Source: an archaeon (GTDB lineage Archaea; Iainarchaeota; Iainarchaeia; Iainarchaeales; CSSED10-239). From it: a DNA stretch of 32,000 nt. A program made the position numbers and the translations under genes. Of the stretch, positions 18,786 through 23,896 are shown piece by piece. The notes below the pieces were generated by a model. The model did not search any database. It worked only from the letters and a program-made list of their open reading frames with translations, and was not told where the DNA came from. The first letter of the stretch is position 1, and each line of letters begins with the position of its first letter. Where the stretch lies: positions 210,001 to 242,000 of the forward strand of contig DAOMZT010000001.1 in assembly GCA_035400625.1 (NCBI GenBank). The letters are read 5' to 3'.

Positions 18786-18848
18786 GAATTTTTCACTAAA
18801 ATTTTTATTGGTCGAAATATATATAATTAATTAGTGTATATTATATTT

Positions 18849-19394
18849 ATGACGCAAAATATTTATAAACTTACTATACTTCGTTTAGACCATAGGCCAT
18901 ATAGAGATAAAAGGATTACAACGCATTGTGCGTTGGTTGGTAGAGCCTTTGGAGCTGATGAGTTTTACTTTTCAGGGGTAGAAGATTCTGGCATAATTAC
19001 TGTAATTACCAAAACTAATGAGAATTGGGGCGGTAATTACCAGATAAAGTTTGTAGAAGATGCGTTGTCTTTTACAAAAGAATTTAAAGAAAAAGGGGGG
19101 GTTATTGTTCATCTTACGATGTATGGACTTAGAGCTCAAGATAAGATAGGAGAAATTAAAAAACTAAAGAAAACTAAAGATTTACTTTTGATAATTGGTG
19201 GGGCAAAAGTGCCTTCAGAATATTTTCAATTGGCAGATTATAACATAGCAATCAGCAATCAACCACACAGCGAGGTTTCTGCTCTTGCTTTAATGCTTTA
19301 TTTAATAGACAATTCTTGCTTATATAAAGAATTCAGTAATTGTAAATTAAAGATAGTGCCAACCAATAATTTAAAAAAAATAATAAGAAAATAA
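18849..19394 (+). CDS. trm56: tRNA (cytidine56-2'-O)-methyltransferase aTrm56 (SPOUT family)
   Basis: LTILRLDHRPYRDKRITTHCALVGRAFGADEFYFSG matches the archaeal Trm56 N-terminal signature (LRLGHRPERDKRVTTHVAL-x-ARAFGA). The start was set at the ATG at 18849; the track start at 18834 is a GTG. Confidence 0.85.
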   Translation: MTQNIYKLTILRLDHRPYRDKRITTHCALVGRAFGADEFYFSGVEDSGIITVITKTNENWGGNYQIKFVEDALSFTKEFKEKGGVIVHLTMYGLRAQDKIGEIKKLKKTKDLLLIIGGAKVPSEYFQLADYNIAISNQPHSEVSALALMLYLIDNSCLYKEFSNCKLKIVPTNNLKKIIRK

Positions 19395-19474
19395 AATATT
19401 ATTACTTTATAATTAGTTTGGTACTATAGTATATATACTTAATTCTATTATTCTGTTTTTAGGGTGAAAAGCAA

Positions 19475-20053
19475 ATGACAGTAAACAAGCTCAAAAAAGA
19501 AATTCTAATGGATAAAATCACAAATCAATTTCTAGAGCAAATTGCTGGCCCTTTAGCTCCTGAAATCATAAAAATGTATAATACGGATAAAACTTTTTCT
19601 CCAGAAGAAATTGCAGAAAAATTAAAGAAAAAGATTACTACAGTTAGATCTACTTTAAATAGCCTTCATTTTAGAGGTATTGCTTGTTATAAAAAGGTAA
19701 GAAATCAACAAAATCTTTTTGATTTTTATTGGGAGATTAAATTTAAGAAAATAATAGAATTAGTTATAGAACATGAGAGTGAAAATCTTAAAAAAATAGA
19801 AGAAACAATTGATGAACAAGAAGGCAGAGATTATTTTGGTTGTCCGAAAAAATGCATGGAGGTGCCTTTTGAAGTTGCAGCTGCCTATAATTTTAAGTGC
19901 CATAATTGTGATAGGCCTTTACAGATGCTTGATTCTAAAACATTAAATAGCGCATTAAAAAGAAAGAAAAGAGCGATAACTAAAAATATAGAAAAGTTAA
20001 GAGCTATAGTAAATAAAATAGAAGATAAAACTACTGGTTATATCTGCGATTAG
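19475..20053 (+). CDS. tfe: transcription factor E (TFE alpha / TFIIE-alpha homologue)
   Basis: The N-terminal winged helix is EEIAEKLKKKITTVRSTLNSLHFRGIACYKKVRN...YWEI. The C-terminal zinc ribbon is CPKKC...CHNC. GGGTGA lies upstream of the ATG. Confidence 0.8.
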   Translation: MTVNKLKKEILMDKITNQFLEQIAGPLAPEIIKMYNTDKTFSPEEIAEKLKKKITTVRSTLNSLHFRGIACYKKVRNQQNLFDFYWEIKFKKIIELVIEHESENLKKIEETIDEQEGRDYFGCPKKCMEVPFEVAAAYNFKCHNCDRPLQMLDSKTLNSALKRKKRAITKNIEKLRAIVNKIEDKTTGYICD

Positions 20054-20166
20054 ATAAAAAATATTATTTTTATTGAATTTTCAAAATAGAATTTATTTAT
20101 ATTTCTTTTGTATAATAGATATATTATAACCTTCAAGAAAAACTAATTATTTGTGTTTTATCTAAT

Positions 20167-20241
20167 AGCGGGGTGGGGCAGTCTGGAGTGCCCGTCGGGC
20201 TCATAACCCGAAGGTCGATGGTTCAAATCCATCCTCCGCTA
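20167..20241 (+). tRNA. initiator tRNA-Met (CAU), archaeal type
   Basis: The sequence is AGCGGGGTGGGGCAGTCTGGAGTGCCCGTCGGGCTCATAACCCGAAGGTCGATGGTTCAAATCCATCCTCCGCTA. It has an A1:U72 terminal pair and three consecutive G:C pairs (GGG/CCC) closing the anticodon stem, which are archaeal initiator hallmarks. The anticodon loop is CTCATAA. A T5 tract follows at 20244-20248. Confidence 0.9.
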
Positions 20242-20401
20242 TATTTTTGAATTAAAGGATTTTTTAATCGTTTTTCTAACTAATTTACAACCTTATTTTT
20301 AATTAAAAATCTACTAAATCTTGGACACAATTAACAATTTTAATAAACACCAAAATAAAGCGAGAAAATGTAAAAAAACAGCTATTTTTCTAAATATTTG
20401 A

Positions 20402-20480
20402 TAAAAACAAGCTTTATTTTACAAAATAACTAAAAACGCACCTTATTTTTACAAAAATAGTAATAAAAACCTTTATTTGA
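20402..20480. repeat. three imperfect tandem approx. 29-33 bp A/T-rich repeats (iteron-like)
   Basis: The units are TAAAAACAAGCTTTATTTTACAAAATAAC (20402), TAAAAACGCACCTTATTTTTACAAAAATAG (20431) and TAAAAACCTTTATTTGA (20464). A related copy, ccttattttta, lies at 20291-20301. An inverted copy, caaaataaagcg, lies at 20351-20362. Confidence 0.6.
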
Positions 20481-20483
20481 TTG

Positions 20484-20813
20484 GTAATTACTAGAAAGTA
20501 GATAGTAATTACTGCAAAAACCATTATATTTTAGAGGTTTTTAAAAGTCATTATACATAATAAATTTAGGGGTTTTACAGACATAAATAAACCCGCTTTG
20601 GTAATTACTGTAATAACCGTAAAGGGGGTCATATAATTACCGTAATTACCAATCCCTTTAAAATAATTACGGTAATTACTATAATATACTATGAGTAATA
20701 TATTTAAAAAATTATTAACAAAATTAGGGCTTCTTAAAAAAAGTAAAAATCAAAAGAGAGATGGTAATTACCAAGAAACTTTTGCAAATAACAATTATAA
20801 CTCAAGTAATTAC
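20484..20813. promoter_or_regulatory. array of the 8-bp palindrome GTAATTAC (7 perfect plus about 3 one-mismatch copies), a probable operator or binding-site array
   Basis: Perfect copies start at 20484, 20505, 20601, 20642, 20672, 20764 and 20806. Near-copies are ATAATTAC at 20633 and 20663 and GTAATAAC at 20610. Two tandem dimers, ATAATTAC-C-GTAATTAC (20633-20649) and ATAATTAC-G-GTAATTAC (20663-20679), sit just upstream of the ATG at 20691. Confidence 0.6.
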
Positions 20814-21281
20814 TCTCAAAATCAATATCAATCAAATGAGACAATACAAAATACAAACAATAACACAAACACTATATCAAAAACAAACACAATACAAAAT
20901 ACAAACACAATGCAAACACAACAACTTAAATTAAAAAATTTAAATATTAAAACAATAAATAACGAAAAAGAAATTGATAGTACTAAAATATATGATTTTT
21001 CAAAAATCAGTAATGAAAAAATAAATACTATTTGGGATATAATTAAAATTAGAGAAAATACCCAAGCAGAACATATAATTACTTGTCTTCCTGATGATGA
21101 ATGGGTTGATATGGAAGATTTGAAAAACAGAATAAAATTACAATACAATGTAGAATATCAAAATGAGAAAAGCCTTTATCCATACATAAAAACATTAACA
21201 GACATAAATCTAATAAAAGTAAATAATTCAGGGAAAAAAAGAACTTGGAAAAAAAACATTATAATCATAGACAGAGAATGA
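20691..21281 (+). CDS. hypothetical protein: basic N-terminus, N/Q/T-rich low-complexity region, C-terminal wHTH-like domain
   Basis: The ORF is 196 aa. Residues approx. 24-80 are NNNYNSSNYSQNQYQSNETIQNTNNNTNTISKTNTIQNTNTMQTQQ. The C-terminal part (EWVDMEDLKNRIKLQYNVEYQNEKSLYPYIKTLTDINLIKVNNSGKKRTW) looks like a helix-turn-helix plus wing. Confidence 0.55.
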   Translation: MSNIFKKLLTKLGLLKKSKNQKRDGNYQETFANNNYNSSNYSQNQYQSNETIQNTNNNTNTISKTNTIQNTNTMQTQQLKLKNLNIKTINNEKEIDSTKIYDFSKISNEKINTIWDIIKIRENTQAEHIITCLPDDEWVDMEDLKNRIKLQYNVEYQNEKSLYPYIKTLTDINLIKVNNSGKKRTWKKNIIIIDRE

Positions 21282-21314
21282 TTATTTACTTTAATCACTA
21301 TTAAACATTAGTGA

Positions 21315-22013
21315 TTAGAGTGTTTGGCTGTTTGGATTTTCTAAGTTTTCTTTAGTTGTAGGATCATCTTTATTTGCAGAATTATCCTTTGGTGTGTAAT
21401 CAAATATTTCTTTTGCTTTATCAAATAACGAAATTAATAATTTTACATTTTCAGAAGATTCTTTTGTTTTATCTACCCAATCAATTTCTAAAATTTTATT
21501 AATTTTAGATATTAAATTATTTTTATTTGCTTTTTTAAATTTTGAAGCATACTCTTTATCATTTATTATTTTATTTAATTCATCAATTAACTTTGTGTTT
21601 TTTCCATCTATTGAAATTACAAATATAGAATTTATAAAATCGTCAATTGTTTTTATAATATCTTCCTGATTGATTTCTATTTTTTCAATATCATAATTTA
21701 TAGACCATTCTCCTTTTTCTTTAAAATTATGTATTGGACTTTTACCAGTATTAAAAAAATTAATAATTTTATGTTCTGTATTAATTGGAATAATAATACT
21801 ATTTTTTCCAGGCCTTATATAAGGTATATCTTCTAAAACACCTGCTCTATAATACCAATATGTCTTTTTGTCTTTTTTAGTAACATTTTGAGTGTATCCA
21901 TAAATTGATCTAAACATTTTTTGATATAGATAAGATGAATGTTTTATATTATCATTAAATATAAACTTATATTTTATATAATTACTAATTATTTTATCCA
22001 TGTCTGCCCCCAT
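21315..22013 (-). CDS. hypothetical protein (232 aa)
   Basis: The frame is open and K/N/I-rich, and I recognise no family. An alternative start is the ATG at 22001 (MDKIIS), preceded by GGGGG. The C-terminus is acidic/polar (DNSANKDDPTTKENLENPNSQTL). Confidence 0.5.
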   Translation of the reverse strand: MGADMDKIISNYIKYKFIFNDNIKHSSYLYQKMFRSIYGYTQNVTKKDKKTYWYYRAGVLEDIPYIRPGKNSIIIPINTEHKIINFFNTGKSPIHNFKEKGEWSINYDIEKIEINQEDIIKTIDDFINSIFVISIDGKNTKLIDELNKIINDKEYASKFKKANKNNLISKINKILEIDWVDKTKESSENVKLLISLFDKAKEIFDYTPKDNSANKDDPTTKENLENPNSQTL

Positions 22014-22277
22014 ACTTCCTGTATTAAGTCTTATTATATTATAGATTATGTTATGTATAATATATATATATATATATAATAGTAATAATAATATTATTAT
22101 TTACTAGTCTAAATAATTTTTATTTGTTCTTATTTATTATTATTAATTATACATAATATAAAGCTTTCTTATTTAAAAAATATTACAAGAACTAAAGGGA
22201 TATCTAATAAAGTTTAGTCTTACAGCAAGATTTTAAATAACAATAAAGAAATAGAAAATAAAAGATAAATAAACTAT

Positions 22278-22643
22278 TTATCTTCTTCCAGCTGTTGAAT
22301 ATTTGCTTTTATAGCCAATATACTTTCTTCTTATTTTTGCATCATGATTATTATCTTCTTCTTCAACTACTGGTTCTCTAACAACTTGTCTTTCAGCTAC
22401 TGGGACATTTCCTGAGTTTATAAGAATAATATCATCAACAGATATAACTTTCTTATATGGAATACTATGCTCTGTCATTATCTTTTTAGCCTCTTTCTTT
22501 GAGCTAACTTTTAATGGCTGAGTAGTAATAGTTTCTATTACCCCAGATTCTAAGTTTACAACTAAATCATAAACCTTTCCTCTATATGTAGCATTAGTCT
22601 CATAAAGATCCATACCGAATAGTTTTGAAATTCTCATTGTCAT
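22278..22643 (-). CDS. PRC-barrel domain protein with a charged C-terminal tail
   Basis: MTMRISKLFGMDLYETNATYRGKVYDLVVNLESGVIETI...VISVDDIILI has the PRC-barrel pattern. GGAGG (plus-strand cctcc, 22652-22656) lies 8 nt upstream of the ATG at 22643. The track start at 22658 is a TTG within the RBS. Confidence 0.65.
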   Translation of the reverse strand: MTMRISKLFGMDLYETNATYRGKVYDLVVNLESGVIETITTQPLKVSSKKEAKKIMTEHSIPYKKVISVDDIILINSGNVPVAERQVVREPVVEEEDNNHDAKIRRKYIGYKSKYSTAGRR

Positions 22644-22816
22644 GTTTTCTTCCTCCAAATATTAAATATATAATATTATTATACTAAAAGGTTATACAAA
22701 GGGTTTATATACATTACTATTTCTAAAAATAAAAATATTATTTAAAAAAGTTAACTTTCTTAACCTTAATTTTCTTGATTTTACATACAATACAGGAAGT
22801 GTGCGGGTAAGATAAA

Positions 22817-23668
22817 TTACTTTTCTAGATTATCTAATGGATTTTTTATTTCTTTTAGCTTATTTGTATTGACTTTTGTATAAATTTGAGTAGTATTAAG
22901 ATTTGCGTGCCCTAAAAGCTGTTGAATATATCTAATATTAACATCATTTTCAAGAAGACTAGTAGCAAAAGAATGCCTTAGTTTATGAGGGCTTATTTTT
23001 TTTGTAATTCCTGCTTTACTTGCAGAAACTTTTAGAAATTTCTGAATAGTATCAACAGAAAGTGGCTTACCAGAATCTGAACAGAAAAGATATTCGCTTT
23101 TTACTTTTTTTTCTCTTTCTTCTAAATATTTTTTATAATCTAAAACCCATTTTTTTGATAAGATTATTACTCTATCTTTATTTCCTTTCCCTGCAATAAC
23201 ATTTCCTGTAAATTCTTCAAAATTAAGATCCTCTATTTTCATATTTACACATTCTGAAACTCTAACACCTGTAGAAAATATAAATTCTATTATCAGTTTA
23301 TTACGGTAATTGCTAGTGTTTTCAATCAAATCTTTAATTTCCTTTGGTGTTAATACAACAGGTATTTTCTTTGCTTTCTTTGGTAATTTAATATCAATTA
23401 AAATATTTAGTTTTAAAAATTCATTATAAAAATGTTTTATTGCTGAAAGCACAAGATTCATAGTTGCAGAACCTGAGTTTTTTTTTGTCTTGAGATATGA
23501 TAAATAATTCACAATATCATCTGAATTTACTTCTTTTAAATCTTTTTTTATAAATTCTGAGAATTTAGTAAGGTATATCAAATAAGTTTCTATTGTTTTT
23601 TGGCTATAACCTATTATATTCAATTCATTCTCGAATTTTTTAAGAAGTTCTAGGTTTTTTTCGTTCAT
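22817..23668 (-). CDS. xerA: tyrosine recombinase, XerA/XerC/XerD-like
   Basis: The N-terminal SAM-like core-binding domain is YSQKTIETYLIYLTKFSEF. The catalytic residues are in context: GVRVSECVNMKIEDL (Arg), HKLRHSFATSLL (H-x-x-R) and LLGHANLNTTQIYTKV (His, Tyr nucleophile). At 283 aa it matches archaeal XerA in size. Confidence 0.85.
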   Translation of the reverse strand: MNEKNLELLKKFENELNIIGYSQKTIETYLIYLTKFSEFIKKDLKEVNSDDIVNYLSYLKTKKNSGSATMNLVLSAIKHFYNEFLKLNILIDIKLPKKAKKIPVVLTPKEIKDLIENTSNYRNKLIIEFIFSTGVRVSECVNMKIEDLNFEEFTGNVIAGKGNKDRVIILSKKWVLDYKKYLEEREKKVKSEYLFCSDSGKPLSVDTIQKFLKVSASKAGITKKISPHKLRHSFATSLLENDVNIRYIQQLLGHANLNTTQIYTKVNTNKLKEIKNPLDNLEK

Positions 23669-23896
23669 ATTCTTCCTATACTATTAGAATAGAAATGCTT
23701 AAATAGATTATGCCGAAGTATAATTTGTTTAGCAAAATTTTTCAATACATATTGTTTGTTAATTAAATGTCTAATTAAGAAACAACTTGTAATTATTGAT
23801 AAATAGCGAAGTTACGTCCAAACCGATAGCCTTTATAAACCCGATGAACTACAATAAATATACTATTTTTAATTCTAGTTAAATAAGTGAACACGA

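Larger units (their letters stand above)
20242..23700. mobile_element. candidate integrated or degraded genetic element next to tRNA-iMet (repeat arrays, wHTH-like gene, hypothetical gene, PRC-barrel gene, tyrosine recombinase); boundaries are not defined
   Basis: The block begins directly after a tRNA 3' end and has a tyrosine recombinase gene at its far end. It contains iteron-like and palindromic repeat arrays, and its ORFs are unrecognisable. No direct repeat of the tRNA 3' half was found, and the recombinase could simply be chromosomal XerA. Confidence 0.3.

Noticed and set aside
20280-20690. Repeat-rich non-coding region considered as a CRISPR array
   Set aside because: The repeats are short (8-30 bp), imperfect, irregularly spaced and partly inverted. 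There is no repeat-spacer periodicity and there are no cas genes.
23743-23790. Small palindromes upstream of nrdD (CAATA-ca-TATTG at 23743-23754 and ACAA-c-TTGT at 23782-23790) considered as NrdR-box-like operators
   Set aside because: The arms are only 4-5 bp long in AT-rich DNA. The centre-to-centre spacing (about 37 bp) does not fit the paired NrdR boxes known from bacteria. No nrdR gene is visible in the window.
23820-23860. Possible C/D-box sRNA (cgatgaa near 23843)
   Set aside because: The candidate C box lacks the RUGAUGA consensus. No matching CUGA D box or terminal stem was found at an appropriate distance.
22660-23896. Search for an att-type direct repeat of the tRNA-iMet 3' half flanking the recombinase gene
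   Set aside because: Only short, gapped resemblances were seen: tgccgaagt at 23711-23719, and ataaacccgatgaac at about 23835-23849 against ataacccgaaggtcgatgg. These are too short and interrupted to call by eye, so the element boundary remains undefined.
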